Shown here: positions 1 to 14,905 of the stretch, piece by piece | How the letters are laid out: each line of letters opens with the position of its first letter | How positions within the stretch are numbered: position 1 is the stretch's first letter | Source: Lepidodermella squamata | Taxonomy: Eukaryota; Animalia; Gastrotricha | Direction: 5' to 3' | Assembly: GCA_047495785.1 (NCBI GenBank) | Contig: JBLDXI010000024.1 | Location: forward strand, 3,782,001-3,846,000 | Length of the DNA stretch: 64,000 nucleotides | Notes under the pieces: model-generated | What the model was told of the DNA's origin: nothing | The model's input: only the letters and a program-made list of their open reading frames with translations | Database searches by the model: none | Made by a program: the position numbers and the translations under genes

Positions 1-839
1 GAGCGTTGAGTTTGAGTTGAGGCTTTGAAAGCGACGCAGGGTAGTTGGCCTTGAAGGACACGCAGCCACTGTTCGACGACTTGTTTCGGCACTAGATCGA
101 TTTTATTGAGCACCAAGATCAAACGTTTTCCAGCTGACAAAATCTGAGAAAAGGATAAGTCCACCCTAAAGAATGAAATATATTTGATGATAATTAAATT
201 ACCCTCTGTTCAACATCTTTGCATCGGGTGCCAACAGGATCGCGAGCGTCTATAACCTCCAGAAGCACATCAGACTTTTCAATAACTCTCTTCAAGTCAT
301 GATAATAAGCTGCAGTGGATCGCTCTTTGACAACCACTGCTTTTTCTGAACCGTTTTCTCCCTGCATTTTCGCCTTTTTCGCCTCGAATTCGCGATTGCG
401 GTTTTCGGCGTTTTTAGCAAGGGCAGCTAACGGGTTATCATTCACTGCAGCGGCGGAAGCGGCGCGCTTTCGTTTCGCAGCCAATTCCTTCTCTTTAAGC
501 CGATCTTCTTCAGCCTAAAATTAAGTGAAAAATTAATAGTCGAATTTTCAAAGTTATTCTCTGCAAACCTTGGCTTTCGCTGCAAGTGCTTCTGCAACAA
601 CTTTATCACGGTAAGGTAGCATGCGGGGAATTCCTGGATCCTTAGCACCCTTATTTTTCGAGGGTCCACGTTTTTTCGCTAATTTTTTCAATTTTCGGTG
701 ATGCTCTCGGACTTTTCGCTCGACCTTGTACCGCTGACCCGCCTTGACGCGCTTACTGCGCTTTTCTAAATTCAAAACATTCCTCTCAATCTGGATGAAA
801 TTATCAGCTGAAAAACCTACTCATAAACTTCTTGACCAT
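1..839 (-). CDS. GNL3: Nucleostemin/GNL3(L)-family circularly permuted GTPase, 5' part (runs off window start); exons approx 839-821, 765-569, 515-202, 143-1
   Basis: Spliced N-terminus [41 protein letters not shown] (GN3L_Grn1 domain), then [18 protein letters not shown] and [10 protein letters not shown] (G4 NKID); GT-AG introns. Confidence 0.9.
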
Positions 840-1014
840 TTCCGAATCAACTTTATTTAGATAAAAACTCTAATAAAGGCAAAAATACACCATTACCAAT
901 ATTGCGTCGCTTAGTAAAATTAGTTTCTGATCTTTTGTTAGTGAACCGGAACAAAATAATATTTTTAATATAATTTTTCAGTGTGTTTGTATCAATTTCA
1001 GTACCATATGTCGC

Positions 1015-2310
1015 TTATTTCTTGCTCGTAACAGTGGTGAAAGCCTGCAGTCCAGTAATCGCACGTCCGAGAATCAAAGCGTGAACATCAGCCGTGCCTT
1101 CGTAAGTATTAACAGTTTCCAAATTCACCATATGCCTAATAATGTGGTACTCGTCCGAAATTCCGTTTCCGCCCAAAATGTCGCGGCAATGGCGAGCGAT
1201 GTCAAGTGATTTTTGACATGAGTTGCGTTTGATGAGAGAAACCATTTCCGGGACAAGAAGGCCTTGTTCCTTCAACCGACCGACCTGATGGCAAGCTTGT
1301 AGACCAATGCTAATTTCGGTCGCCATATCGGCGAACTTCTTTTGGATCAACTGCATCTGAGCGAGGGGCTGGTTAAACTGAATGCGGTCCAATGTATACT
1401 GCCTTGCAGCGTGGAAGCAAAACTCGGCAGCTCCGAGAGCTCCCCAAGCAATACCATAGCGAGCTTGATTTAAACATGAGAAGGGTCCGTTCAGACCTTT
1501 GGCGGTGGGAAGAAGCGAGCTTTCCTCATCAACAACCACGTTATCCATCACGATCTGACCAGTAATGGACGCCCTCAGAGACATTTTACCATGAATGGTT
1601 GGAGTTTCGAAGCCTTTCATACCGCGCTCGAGAATAAAGCCTCGAATAGGTTTGCCGGGTTCAGAAACACTCTTAGCCCAAACGACTGCGATATCGGCAA
1701 TAGGTGAGTTTGTGATCCAAGTTTTCGATCCGCTTATTTTGTAACGACGTTTACCGCTCGATTCATCCAGAACAGCGACTGTTTCCATGCCACTTGGGTT
1801 TGAACCATGGTTGGGTTCAGTAAGACCAAAACAGCCAATCAGCTCACCACGAGCAAGGCCGGGGATGTATTTGTTCTTCTGAGCATCTGTCCCGAAGGTG
1901 AAAATTGGGTACATCACGAGGGAAGACTGGACGGACATCGCGCTACGATAACCACTATCAACGCGCTCGATTTCCCGTGCCATCAACCCGTACGCGACAG
2001 GAGAGACGCCGGCGCAACCGTAGCCAGTTAGAGATGCACCAAGCGCGCCAACTTCCCCTAGTTCTTTCATAATTGCTTTGTCGAAATGCTCATTGCGGTT
2101 AGCTTCCACAATGCGAGGCATCAACTTCGATTGACAAAATCCTCGGAACTGATCTCGGGCAAGCTTTTCCTCCTCAGTCAGAACAGTTTCGAGATTCAAT
2201 GGGTCCAAATAGCTAAAGGAGAGGCCAGATTTTGATGACAGGGCTCGGCTCATTTTGCCGGCCAACGATAGCTTGCTGCTGAAGCTTCCGAGAGCCTTCA
2301 TCGACATCAT
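1015..2310 (-). CDS. GCDH: Mitochondrial glutaryl-CoA dehydrogenase (intronless CDS; start Met uncertain among 2310/2307/2301)
   Basis: [74 protein letters not shown]; Ser/Lys/Arg-rich transit-peptide-like N-terminus. Confidence 0.95.
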   Translation of the reverse strand: MMSMKALGSFSSKLSLAGKMSRALSSKSGLSFSYLDPLNLETVLTEEEKLARDQFRGFCQSKLMPRIVEANRNEHFDKAIMKELGEVGALGASLTGYGCAGVSPVAYGLMAREIERVDSGYRSAMSVQSSLVMYPIFTFGTDAQKNKYIPGLARGELIGCFGLTEPNHGSNPSGMETVAVLDESSGKRRYKISGSKTWITNSPIADIAVVWAKSVSEPGKPIRGFILERGMKGFETPTIHGKMSLRASITGQIVMDNVVVDEESSLLPTAKGLNGPFSCLNQARYGIAWGALGAAEFCFHAARQYTLDRIQFNQPLAQMQLIQKKFADMATEISIGLQACHQVGRLKEQGLLVPEMVSLIKRNSCQKSLDIARHCRDILGGNGISDEYHIIRHMVNLETVNTYEGTADVHALILGRAITGLQAFTTVTSKK

Positions 2311-3576
2311 CGCGGAAACTGCTTTGATATGAAACCTAAGAAACATCAATTTATATGGAAAACCTGAATTCTAGGATCTGCGAGTTAAGAATCTAGAGCT
2401 GAGCTCGACATCACGGCGAGAAAACACAGAACGCAAGTAGCATAAACACTGAGCTAACAACGTCAATATAAAAATGTTCAGTCGATGAGAAATAATCAGC
2501 ACTTGGGTGAACACTGGGAGGATTTACGCCAAATAGCAATCAATCATAACCACACCCTCGTGAAGCAGGCAACTTAATGTCCCGCTGCCGTCTTAAATCT
2601 AGGTCAACCAAGGTTCAGCAGCGAAGGCAGAAAAGGAAAGAGAACACGCGGTTCATCATTAATCACTAATCACGTGATAAAATTAAAATAATCAATTACA
2701 TATTATCACACAATAAAAAATAAATATTATCGATCTTATTAATTATGCGTGAACTATTAAATTTGCCGGGAAATTTTTTCAATAACGTGGGTTTTAGCGG
2801 TCGCGTGAAAAGCTGAAAAGAGTCCAGAGTCCAAGCGCCCCGAAATAAAGGATCCTGTTTTTTTCATGAACTACGCGAGTAACGTCGATTATTTTGTCTC
2901 TTTAACATGTCGCTTGTCTCGATGTCTTCTTTTTTCTCTTAATGTTGACCGCATCTGGGTCACACGCCACTGATAAAATCCAGTCAATACACAGTAACAA
3001 CTGCTCTTGACTCTTGAGTTTCAAGCATTCGCGACCCTGCCGGCAACTGCCAGGAGAATTTATTGATTTTTTCGTGCCGGACAGGTCCTCGCACCCCCTA
3101 TTAATTCAGCCTACCTATCACTTTCCCGTGCATATCAGACCCAGGTTCAGATTGATTTCAGTTTGCTGATGTTGCGCTTATTAATTGCTCGATGCCAGAT
3201 ACCTATTGTAATCAACTATTGTAATTAGTGTAGGCTAATTCAGCTTGCTATGTTCTCCGATTTGGATTTTTGCGGCTCTTGGGTGAATAGTTACAAGCAT
3301 AGCAATGACCTCTTGCCATGGCGGCTAAGTCAGCGCTACTCCATATCGCCGTTCGCCATTTCTGAATTGCGAATTCCACGATGAAGGTTTTTGTTTTGAA
3401 TGCCTAATCACATACCTGTGAAGCTATTTTTGCCTTCACTGATCACTGATTATTATTTCCCAACTCTCAACTCGTCAACCCGGTTGTATCGTGTATGCTT
3501 GTTTTCTAGTCTTATTTATTATAATTGTATTTAGCCATCCAATAATCATCAGCGAGCTGTTAGCTAAGTTAGCGCA

Positions 3577-6500
3577 ATGGAAATAATTATTGGTCTGATT
3601 GCCGTGGCAGTATCTTGCCTTGTCGTATTTTTCGTTACCAAAGTGGCTCGCCAGCCTGAAGAAGAAGAATCTCAGAATACTGGCGATCAACAAGAAGACT
3701 CCCACAAAAAAGGCAGCAAGAAAGGAAAGAAAGCTCACTCCGGAACTAAAGGCCAGACTAGTCATGGAAACCACAAACAAATCAGCAGTGGTGCCGAATT
3801 CGCAGAAGCTGCGGTGAAGCTTGTCAATGGCGAATCGAAAAAGCAATCTGAGAAGACGCAGACTAAGGAAACGCCCGTAGCTGAAAAACCTGTTGTTCAA
3901 CCACAAGTCCAGCGCGAAGCGCCAGTGCGCCAAGAAACTGCTGCTCCGCTGACTGCCGCCTCTGAGAATTCTAGCGAGCTTCGTCGCCGCAAAGGCTCAG
4001 TCGGTAAGAAGCAAGTCGTCATTGTTACTGAAAATGACGAAAATCAGGAAAACACCGAAGATGACGTTAACATCGCTGACTTGATCAACCGCGCTATGAA
4101 TGCCGAGAAGAAACATGCCGCTGCTGAGAAAGTTGTCCAAGAGTTGAACGCCCGCCTGCGAGAGTCTGAAAACAAGCTCACAGACACTGAGCGCCGTCTA
4201 GTCAAGGTTAAGGAAGATGAGGTTGCTCGTGCGGTAGCCAGCCAAGCTAAAACGCTCAGCGACAAACACTCAGCCGAACTTCGTCGCGTTGAAGCTCAGA
4301 TCAACGATCTGAAGAAGAAGTGCGAAGAAATGGCACAGGACAAGCTTGTTCTTCAAGGTGAAGTTGCGGAAAACGCTCGTCGCAAGATCGCGATGGAAAA
4401 GGAAATGCATGGTAGAGAAGGTCTTTCTGATTCCTTTAATTTTTGTAATTTGTATTTCCTCAGCTTTGAAAGCCGCTGCCGGCCATGGAGCTGCCCCTGC
4501 TAATAACGATCTATTCGAAGGTTTAGTCCGCGAACTGCGCCAGAGCCTGCCGGATTACAATCCTCAGATCAACAACCTTGCCGACTGTTTGCGTACCTTT
4601 GCTCAAAACGCTCGCAAACGCACCGACCCTGAACACGAAAAGGCCTTGGCTCATCTCAAGAAATCGCTCACCGAAGCCGAGGCTGAACTGAATAAGTTTA
4701 AGCACGAATCAGACGATCACAAGCGTCATGCGAAAAAGTTGGACCAGGAACTCAGCCAGGAGCGGAAAAAGTTCCAGGAGCTTCAAAACCGTCTGTCGAA
4801 GTTCGAAACCGAAGGCTCAGCTGCCCAGGCTCAACTTGTCGAGGCTGTTCACATTAAAAACGAGCTTCAGACCAAATACGCCCATCTTGAGGCTGAATAC
4901 AAACAGAAGGGCGCTGAAATCGACCGTTTGTCTCATGAGAAGACCCAATTAGAACGTCAATTAGCCGAAGCTAGTCAAAACAATCGCGATAAGAACGCTG
5001 ATTTTGGTTCGAAGGTCGATCATTTGGAGTCGGAGAAGCGTGAACTTGAAGCTGTTATTCAGAAATTGTCGAGCGAACTTGAGTTGCTGCGACAAAATTC
5101 CGGAGAGAAGCAGCAGGAAGTTGCGGCTATGTTTGACAAAGTTGCATCTGAAAAGCTCGAAATCCAAGGCCAGCTTGAAAAAGTCGGCGTTGAGCTGTCC
5201 GAAAAGGTTCGCGAGATCGAGAACTTGCGTCATGCTGCCGCCGAAAAGCAAGATTTAGAGGCTAAGTTGAACAAAATTTCTTCTGAAATGGAGCACCTCA
5301 ACTCGGAGTTGAATCATAAAAACGATCTGGTAGAACGTTTGAACTCGGAAATTTCAGAGAAATCACGAGAGGTCAATCAACTTCGTCACAACTCTGGCAA
5401 CTCTGAGGCTCAATTGAACCACCTTAACTCAGAGCTGAGCGGTAAAAACGGCGAAATTGAACACCTTCGTAAATCTTTGAACGATTTCGAGGTCCGTTTC
5501 AACCAAATCTCTGGTGAAAAATCGGAAATTGAAAAGCGCTGCCACCAGTTGGACGAAGAGACGAATCAATTGCGCCACACCCTGGCCGAGAAGCAGGAAA
5601 TTGAGCGTAAATTCCATGAAATGACCCGTGAAATTTCGGAGCGCTTGCATGAAATCGAAGACCTGCGGCGTCAGTTGCAGGAAAAACTCGACGTTGAGTC
5701 TCGATTCAACCAAGAGCGCGAAAATTTCGAACGCTCCATGGAAGATTTGCGTAAATCTGCTGATAGCCTACGCGAAGAGTTGGAACGAGAGCGTAATCAT
5801 GCCTCGAATCTCCATTCGTCGAATCAAGATTTATCCCAGCGACTCCAGCATTTGGAGAACCAAATTGGCGAATCTGAACAGATTAAGGCTCAAGTCGGTG
5901 AATTACGGCGATCTGTCGATGACTTGTCGAATGAATTGGCCGGAGAAAAATCACGCGGTCAACAATCGACCGAGGCCCGTGATTTGTTGGAGCGAACCGC
6001 GGCAACGTTGGAATCGCAACTTCGCGAAGTTGAGTCAAATTTGAACGAGACCAAGTCGATGTATTCGAATGAAGTCAACCAGTTGCGGTCACGGCTCGAG
6101 GCCCTTACCAATGAGCTGAATGAAGAGCGGCAATTGGTTGCGAAACTGCGGTCTGAGAACACACAGCCCGAATCGACTGAAAACTGCGCCAGCTCCAAAA
6201 TGTCTAAGGTAAGTTGTAAATTTTGGTCGATAGTAATATGCTGCTTAGCCATTTTTTTCATATTTTAAGCGATATGAGGCAATTTACCTTGCTTGATTTG
6301 CGCTCAATTGAATTTTATCCTGGAGCTTGATTCTAAAGAATTTTGATTTCACGCCGTGAAAGTTAGGGAATTTTGTATTTTCAGGCTCGTAATTCCAATG
6401 CTCTGAGGAAAAATGTTCGATTTAAAAAATATTGTTCACTTTTTCCCGATTTCAAATTTTTCGACCGAGATTGTACTCATTTTTCGGATATTTTAGCGGA

Positions 6501-7061
6501 AATGCAAATTCCTCATTAGTATGTCCAGTAAACATTATGCGCCATATTAGGTCAAAATTATCCTTGTTACCAGCGGTTCTGAAAATGCGTTGAAATATAA
6601 CACAATGAGTCATGTAAGCATTCGCGCTGTGATGAAAAGGTTTTGGTAAATTATGCAGTCGAGTTTACCTAGTTTATGTTCGTAATTTACGATGATGCAT
6701 TTCCTTATTTTTATCATCTACAATTTGCTTGAATTTTTTTATTTCAATTCGAATCTAGCTGGAAAATGGAAGCGCTCATCCCTTCTCCGAAAATGGTAAT
6801 GGCCTCGAAAACGGTGACGAGCTGTCTTATCTCCGTGAAGAGCTGACAAAGGCGAAACTGGCGAACTCTCACGCCGAGGAAGCTCTTCTGGCTTTGCAGG
6901 AAGAACTAAATGTTGCTATGAGCAAAGTCTTGAAAATGGAATCCGACCACGGCGAGCTCAGCTCGTTGATTCGAACGGGCGAGGAAGCGCTAAAAGCGGA
7001 GCAAGCTCGCGTTATGGAGCTCGAAAAACAGGTTGCTAGCATTAGCACACCGGTCCACTAG
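3577..7061 (+). CDS. Kinectin / ribosome-binding protein p180-like ER membrane coiled-coil protein; exons approx 3577-4411(or 4420), 4464-6208, 6759-7061
   Basis: N-terminal hydrophobic anchor (IIIGLIAVAVSCLVVFFV), basic KKGSKKGKK patch, then several hundred residues of heptad coiled coil; phase-compatible GT-AG introns join ORFs 3577 and 4346 and a last exon ending at TAG 7059-7061. Confidence 0.7.
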
Positions 7062-7885
7062 TTTTTTCTCTGTCGGAAAGTAATATTGACTATCAATTTC
7101 TCATAAAATATCATTATTACTATTTAACCTCAATTCATTCCATCGCCATAATTATATTGATAATTCAATAATTTTTTCTCTTTGAAGAAGAGGCGAGGCA
7201 AAAGAAGATCCCTTCTGCGTTTCTGCTGTGCATCATCGCGTAATTCATAATATGTAAGTAAAAGTATATGGGAAAGGTGCTTCCTTAATATCATAAAAAA
7301 AAACTTCTCGCGTGTTTTTTTTCGTCTGCTCAAAATCGCCCCTGTGGAACGATGTCGGGTTATTTTTTTCTCCAGTCATTATAATCTCTTGCGAGTATAT
7401 TTCGATAGTAATTCAGTCAAGTTATCTTGAGTTGAAAAAATTAATGTAAAAATCATCAACAACTCCTATGCTTTCACGATTTTTTCGAGCCGCGTGTTTC
7501 TCGACCCGGTGAAATACATCTTCTGCTGCTGCTGCCGAGAGGGAAGGATCTTTCGCCTTGAGCATTTTCGTCCTTCTTTCGCTTTCGTTGCAGAGAAAAC
7601 CGGCCTTATATTGCATGTCTTGACGGATATTGGTTCTTGCTTGCGTGATATTCCTGGTACAACCAATTATATCAAATATTATTATTATTATTATTGCAAT
7701 TAATATTGTCATGAAATAACGAAATTGGAAGCTTATTCTCAAACTTGACCATTAGCGACGCCGTATTATATATTATTATTATAGAGTACGCAGGTTTTTC
7801 CTGAAAGAAGAAAATAAATTCGGTTGAGCGAGAAAATAACGATGCTAATTTTTCTGAATATTTTAGTGTTTTATTTTGCCGTGCT

Positions 7886-10800
7886 ATGTTCCTGATCGAT
7901 TTGTTCTTGCCGTACCCGCTGCTGCAATTAGGTGGTTTTGCAACGCTGTTTGTCCTGCTGAAATATTTCTGGAAGCCACGACGCAGTCACTTTCGAAAGG
8001 CCTTTGTTGACGATGCCAGGCGACCGCGCGAGCCGATTGTTCATGACCAGAAAGTTCGAGCGCAACGACTGAAGCAAAGTAAATATTGATGAAAATAATA
8101 TAATTTGAAAATCTCAAAGATTAATTAAAAATAATTTGAGCAATGATTGAGGCACGAGAAAAAATAGAAAATATTGAAAGAGTAGACGGAGGGAAAGATT
8201 TTACCTAGAATATTTGAATTCCACTTATTTTCGCGGATAAATCAGCCGCAGCTATTCCCTCTCAGCGGCTGCCGGGAGCATTTGAAGGCGTAGGTTCCTG
8301 CTTACCTATTGATTGAGGTCTTTTTGGTTGCGGTGATCCTATCTGCCAGTAAGAAAACCGCTGGTTTCAAATACTAGTTTTTTCGCGCTTCAAATAGAAT
8401 TTACTTCAAATAATTCGCCTCGAACAGGCCAGGCCAGAAATACATATCTAAATTCTGACACAGTTCGACTAGCTTTAAGAGATCTCATAGCAAGATTTGC
8501 TTGCTTATTACTGCTGTAAACACGCTTGCGAGTTGATTCTCCGAGTGCTGTTTAAAATAGGTATGTGTAAAACTCACCATGGCTTCGAAGACTACTTCCT
8601 TCGCCGTCCATAATTTGACCCTTCCTAATCGCCAAAAGTTCAGATCCACCAAAAGCCAGTTCCAATCAAGCTTAATGCCCGCATAACGACATCGGGGAAT
8701 TCCTCGTCATCGTCGGATCTGACTCCGGTTTTGCCAATGCCCAGAAGTCCCTTGCCAGGTGTGACAGATTCAGGGTACGTGTGGTTTTCGGGCGGGGCAG
8801 CGACACTGTATGATTGAGCTAGTCACCGATGTGGACGCGTGCTAAATCGGGAATGCCAAGCACTAGATGAGATAACGACGCACGGTAGCAAGAACATGAG
8901 CAACGTGTTCCTCGGCAAATCTGCTGATCGCAGTGTTGCGAATCTCAGGGCGATATCGCAAGGCCAGAAAGTGGGGCTTGAATGCGCTGGCGTTAATGCT
9001 CAAAGCCTTTCGATTTGCCGAGTGAGCACCACGCAAGGTGAAACTGCCAACACCCAATTGATCACCCAGAGTTTAGTGTAGTAATATTGCGATATGGATG
9101 CAGATATAAATAAGATAATTTCCTTTTCGGAAAGGGGATAGCTGTCTGTGAAAGCATTTTTTGTCGAATTCGATGCTATCGTGGGAAGATGAGTGGTGGT
9201 TAATCAGAAGCTGAATCGTACTTTAAGTATAATTCCTTCGCGGAATTTCATTATGTTATCAGTAAAAAGTATTGAATCATGCAAAGAAGCGTGATTAAGA
9301 TCCATCCAGTGTGCCCTAGGCACAATCTAAGTGCCCCTTTCACAAATGGGATAGCCCTATGAATATCAAAGTAATAATAAGGCATTAAGATCGCTAGAAA
9401 TTGCGTGGAAATCGTCAAAAACCTCAAATCGAGCTTACCACTAGAACGGACCAGAGTGAAATAGGTAGTGATTAAGCGTTGCTTCTCAGGCTTCTTCGTT
9501 CGAGCCATCAATTGGTGAAAATTGTCGATATTATTAGTTCTATGTAGAAAATATACCCACAGATGCCATACCATCAAATTGTTAGGCTATTAAATGATTT
9601 CTTGTGCTCTCGGTGATACCTTCTAATTTCTAATTTTTCTTGTAGGATTCTCCGCTTCAGCTGTGCCTAGTGATTTGGATGCGATTGTAGTTGGCTCAGG
9701 AGCCGGTGGTCTCGTCACCGCCGCCATTCTCGCCAAATCCGGCCGCAAAGTGCTGGTCCTCGAGCAGCACGACCAGGCCGGCGGGTGTCTACACACCTTC
9801 GTCGAACAGGGTTACGAATGGGACGTTGGCATCCACTACATCGGCCAAATGGGCCCGACTCATTTCGATCGTTTCGTCCTCGATCAAATCACCGAAGGCC
9901 AATTGGACTGGGCTGAAATGGACGAAGATTTCGATAACGTAAATTTTATTTCATTTCATCGTGATAAACAATTAAGGTGGATTCCAAAAAATCGCGAAAA
10001 ATTTATTTTCAATTTTACAGGTTGTCTTGGTGAATTCACCCACTGAACGCGAAATTATTCCAATGTGGAGAGACCGTACGTTCCTAATCGATGAACTCTG
10101 CAAACGTTACCCGCAGCACGATGCTGGAATTCGCGAATTTTTTGCAACAATGCGAAAAGTTTCGGGCGGTTTCTCAATTTTCGCCATCATCAAAGTGCTG
10201 CCCTACTGGCTGGCCTGGCTCGTCGTCCGCCTCAAACTATACACATTTTTCACATCCGCCATCAACGCGTTCAATCAGGTCACGCTGAAGTCTGAGTTCG
10301 ATCGTTTATTTGGCGATAATGAGGAGTTGAAAGCAGTTTTGGGCTATTGTTGGGGCGATTACGGGGTCGAGCCGGCTCGTGCTGGTATTGGCATGCTGTC
10401 GATTTTGTACGGCCATTACGCTCGCGGGGCTTACTACCCAGTCGGCGGAGCCTCCGAAATCACCTACACCTTGATTCCGACTATTGAACACGCCGGCGGT
10501 CGAGTTTTGGTCAACGCTATGGTGAAAGATGTGATTTTGGAGGGCAACAAGGCTGTGGGAGTGAGGGTTGAGACCAGCTCTGGCCTTGTCTCTATCAGAG
10601 CCCCGATTGTGGTATCAGACGCTGGAGCGACTAATACTATGAGGAAATTACTGCCGAAGGAGGTTGCGTCCCAAACCAGTCTGGGCAAAATGTTGGATTC
10701 TGGCCGGTTGCGGCCGGGTGTTGGCACTCTGTCGGTTTTTGTAGGTCTGAAGGGCTCGCAAGCTGAGCTGAATTTACCGAAGAAGAATCTCTGGGTCTAT

Positions 10801-11845
10801 TACGACAAAAATGTTGACGAAGGTTCGACTGTTTTTTTAAGATAGCGTAGATGATTAGGGTCTAGGTCGACAAATTAATTTTGCTGATACTTTGAAATTC
10901 TGAATTTTTCCGAATTTTTTGAATTTTTTGGAATTCTCAATAAATTGCATAAATTATGTATCAAATTAAAAAATTTAATTTTAGCAGAGATCTCATTTTC
11001 AACATTGACTGTTGTCCCCAGGTATCTATTTGAAAATTTTCGATAGACTTAATTGAAAAATGTTTGCATAAAATCGTAATCTTTAATTAATGAAGTTTCA
11101 ATTTTTTGTTAATTTATTAAATTAAAAAAAAATGAAAAGCAGATTTTGATATATTGAAATTTTTCCTTCAGGTATGAAGAAGTGGTGTTCTCTGGATTTG
11201 GACTCGGCCGCTGAGGGTAGCCACGACATTCCCTTCCTATTCGTCGGCTTCCCAAGCGCGAAAGACCCGACTTACAACGAGCGTTTCCCCGGCAAATCCG
11301 TGTGCACAATCATCACAGTCGCGCCTTTCGAATGGTTCCAGAAATGGGAGAACGACCCGGTGAAAAAACGCTCCGGCGACTACGAAGCCCTGAAAATGCG
11401 CCTCGCCCGCCGCTGTTGGGAATCAGTCGTCGATATGTACCCGCAACTCGGCGATAAACTCGAATATTTCGACGCTGGCTCCCCCCTGAGCTGCCAGTAC
11501 TACATCAACGCGTTTGCGGGTGAAACGTACGGCCTTGACCAGGATTTGGAGCGATTTTCAAGCGACGCGATTCTCGCGCTACGCCCGAAGGTGCAAGAAA
11601 TTGAGAATTTGTACCTAACTGGGCAGGATGTGTTGACTTGCGGCTTTGCGGCTGCGTTGTACTCCGGTTTTCTGACTGCTCACGCGATTATGCAACCGGC
11701 CGGTGAAACTTCGAATTTGTTGGGCGATGTCAAGGCGCTGTATCGCAAATTCCGCCGCGAACGCCCGGAGACAAATGGCAAAACGAATCATCACCACGAA
11801 GGCAATGGCCATGTTCAACATGCTGATAAATCACATGAAGAATGA
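7886..11845 (+). CDS. RETSAT: All-trans-retinol 13,14-reductase-like FAD oxidoreductase, copy 1; exons approx 7886-8078, 9647-9938, 10021-10822, 11172-11845
   Basis: N-terminal TM plus F..DARRP..P motif, [12 protein letters not shown] Rossmann fold, [50 protein letters not shown]. Confidence 0.9.
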
Positions 11846-12143
11846 GCGAAAAATCTGAATTTTTCCGAAAAAACTTGTGAATTATTTACAATTAATCTGA
11901 AAAAACACTCGTGTTGTTATTAGTGGCTCACTTCCTCTGAAACCCTCCCCAGTTTTGTTTCTGATTGAAAAAATGTACTGTGATGTTCTAATTATTATCT
12001 TCAAATATAGCAAGGCCATGTAAAATTTCGGCATGCGAAATGGCCTTGGAAAAAATTCAGCCGGAATATCACTATTTTTATGAGTAAAAAATCTGAATAG
12101 TTTTGACATTTCGCCATTTTTTTACGCAATAGAGGTTTAGAAA

Positions 12144-14578
12144 ATGTTGTGTTGTCTTGTTGACTATTTATGGCTACTCGGTGGATTGTGTGGTGTGGCG
12201 CTGGTTTCAGTTGTTCTCAGCTTCTTCTGGAAGCCGAAACGGACTAATTTCAAGAGGGCGTTTGAAAGCGATGCCAGGCGACCCCGAGAACCGATCGAAC
12301 ACGAACAGAAAAAACGAGCCCTGAGATTGAAACAAAGTCAGTATGAAACTCAATAATACATTATTATTATTGTTCAAATCGAGAACTCAACCAAATTTTG
12401 ACATCGAGAAAAATGGCTGATTGGAAACTCAAATTTTACCGAGAAAACAAATTTGTTAATTTTTAGTATTAAGGATGTATTTTTCAATTTCTTTTGGTTT
12501 TCTTTTGCAAATAATTCACCGTTGAGTAACACTTTTTTGAGAACTTGATAATCCGAGAAATAAGCGCCATGCGGATTAAATTTGCATTCACCTTTTCGAT
12601 ATTTGCGCTCATGTCGAATCAATTTTTGCGACTCTTGCTTAAGAGATCTTGTGGATTTTATTCTATTTTTTTTTTATTTTTTTCCGTCTTGCCTTAGGGT
12701 TTTCTGCATCAGCCGTGCCGAAAGATCTCGACGCTATTGTCATCGGCTCAGGCACAGGCGGCCTTGTTACAGCCGGAATTCTAGCCCAAACCGGTCGAAA
12801 AGTACTGGTACTTGAACAGCATGATCAGGCTGGTGGTTGTCTACACACGTTCATTGAACAAGGCTATGAATGGGACGTTGGCATTCACTACGTTGGCCAA
12901 ATGATGCCGCACACGTTTGACCGCTTTGTTGTCGATCAGGTGACAGAGGGCCAAGTTGATTGGGCCGAGATGGATCCTGATTACGATCATGTAATTTATA
13001 AATTCTTCAATTTAGCCTTGTTGAGGTTAAACGTTTAGGGTCAATTTTCGAAATCAAATATTTGAAAATTTATGTTATTTTGAGAAGGAAAATTTTTTGG
13101 TCTATTTTGCTGAAATAATATATTTCCGACGGCCTTGATGTGTAAATTTGTTTATTTTTTATCAGGTAATTTTGGCTAAAAATCCAGCGAAGCATGACGT
13201 GGTCAAAATTTGGAACGATCGCAAGCGTCACATGGCCGAGCTTATCGAAAGATACCCGCAACACGAAACCGGGATACGCGAGTTCTTCAAGCTAACCCAA
13301 GGCGTAAGAACCGTCACATTTTTCGCCGTCATCAAAGTCTTACCTTACTGGCTGGCGTGGTTTGTCCTGAGATCCGGAATCTACTCTCTATTCACAAAGG
13401 TCGTATCAGCCTTCCATAAAGTTACCCTCGGGTCTATTTTAGACAGACTATTCAAGGACGATGACGAAATTAAGGCGGTTTTAGGCTACTGCTGGGGTGA
13501 TTACGCCGTCGAACCCGGCCGGGTCGGTTTCGGAATGATCTCCATTCTATACGATCATTACGGTAAAGGCGGCTTCTACCCGGTCGGCGGCGCTTCGGAA
13601 ATTTCCTATAATTTGATCCCACCAATTGAAAAATCAGGCGGTCGAGTTCTGGTTAACGCCCCAGTCCAACGAATTTTGATCGAAGACAACAAAGCTGTCG
13701 GGGTTGAGGTAAAAACCAGTTCCGGTTCAATCGAAATCAGGGCTCCGATCGTAATTTCCGACGCTGGGGCTTCGAATACCTTCCGAAAGTTGTTGCCGAA
13801 AGAAATCGCCCTTAAAACTGATTTGGGCAAAATGTTGGAATCCGGTGAACTGCACCCGAGTTTAGGCACCCTGTCTATTTTTGTGGGCCTAAAAGGCGGC
13901 CAATCTGAGTTGAAACTGCCGAAACGTAATTTCTGGATCTACTACAATTACAACATTGACGAGGGAATGGAGAAATGGTGCTCGTTAGACCTTGACGCCG
14001 TGGCTTCTGGCCAGGGGCAAATTCCGTTCATGTTTGTCGGTTTCCCGAGTTCGAAAGACCCGACCTATGAGCAGCGATTTCCTAATAAATCAGTTGTTAC
14101 GATTCTGACCGCCGCACCTTATAAGTGGTTCAAACAATGGGAAAACGACCCGGTTAAGAAGCGGTCGGGTGACTATGAAGCGCTGAAAATGCAACTAGCC
14201 CGCCGGTGTTGGGACAGTTTTGTAGAATTGTACCCTGAATTGGGTGATTCTTTGGACTATCTCGACGCAGGTTCTCCACTGAGTTGTCAGTATTATATCA
14301 ACGCATTTGCGGGCGAGACTTATGGCTTAGACATGGACACCGGCCGTTTTTCGCCTGATGCTCTGTTGGCCTTGCGGCCGAAGGTTCGTGAAATCGACAA
14401 TTTGTACCTAACCGGGCAAGATTTGCTATGTTGTGGATTTACGGCGGCCTTATTTGCTGGTGTCATCACGGCTCATTCGATTATGGAACCACTGGGTGAA
14501 ACGGCGAATATTTTCAACGATATGCAGGCGTTGTACCGGAAATGCCGGAAACAACAGAAAAAATCTCACGCGGAATGA
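12144..14578 (+). CDS. RETSAT: RETSAT-like oxidoreductase, copy 2; exons approx 12144-12336, 12698-12990, 13166-14578
   Basis: Same motif set as copy 1 with high similarity to it; lacks the intron copy 1 has at about 10823-11171. Confidence 0.9.
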
Positions 14579-14905
14579 TCTGTCTAATTATCGAATTATC
14601 GAGACAGTATTGCTAAATTTTCGCCACATATTTTTTAATGAAAAATATGGTTTTTCTATTGGATTTCGGTGATGGGTACTTAATGATATATTCCTGCCTT
14701 CACTATGCAATTTCAGGCACGACCAAATATGAATAGTTTGAAAAACAGAACGATTTTCGCGAATTTTTTATATAATCGCCGTAAAATTACTTCCAATTGC
14801 TATTTTTCTGGTTCATGAAAAATAAATTACTGAAATAAATTATTATAATATTTCTAATACCGTTTGCTATTTTATATAGTAATTTATACAAGACCAAATT
14901 TTAGA

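Noticed and set aside
7130-7760. Small minus-strand ORFs between the kinectin-like gene and RETSAT copy 1
   Set aside because: Could be a small spliced gene, but I could not build a consistent exon chain or recognise a domain
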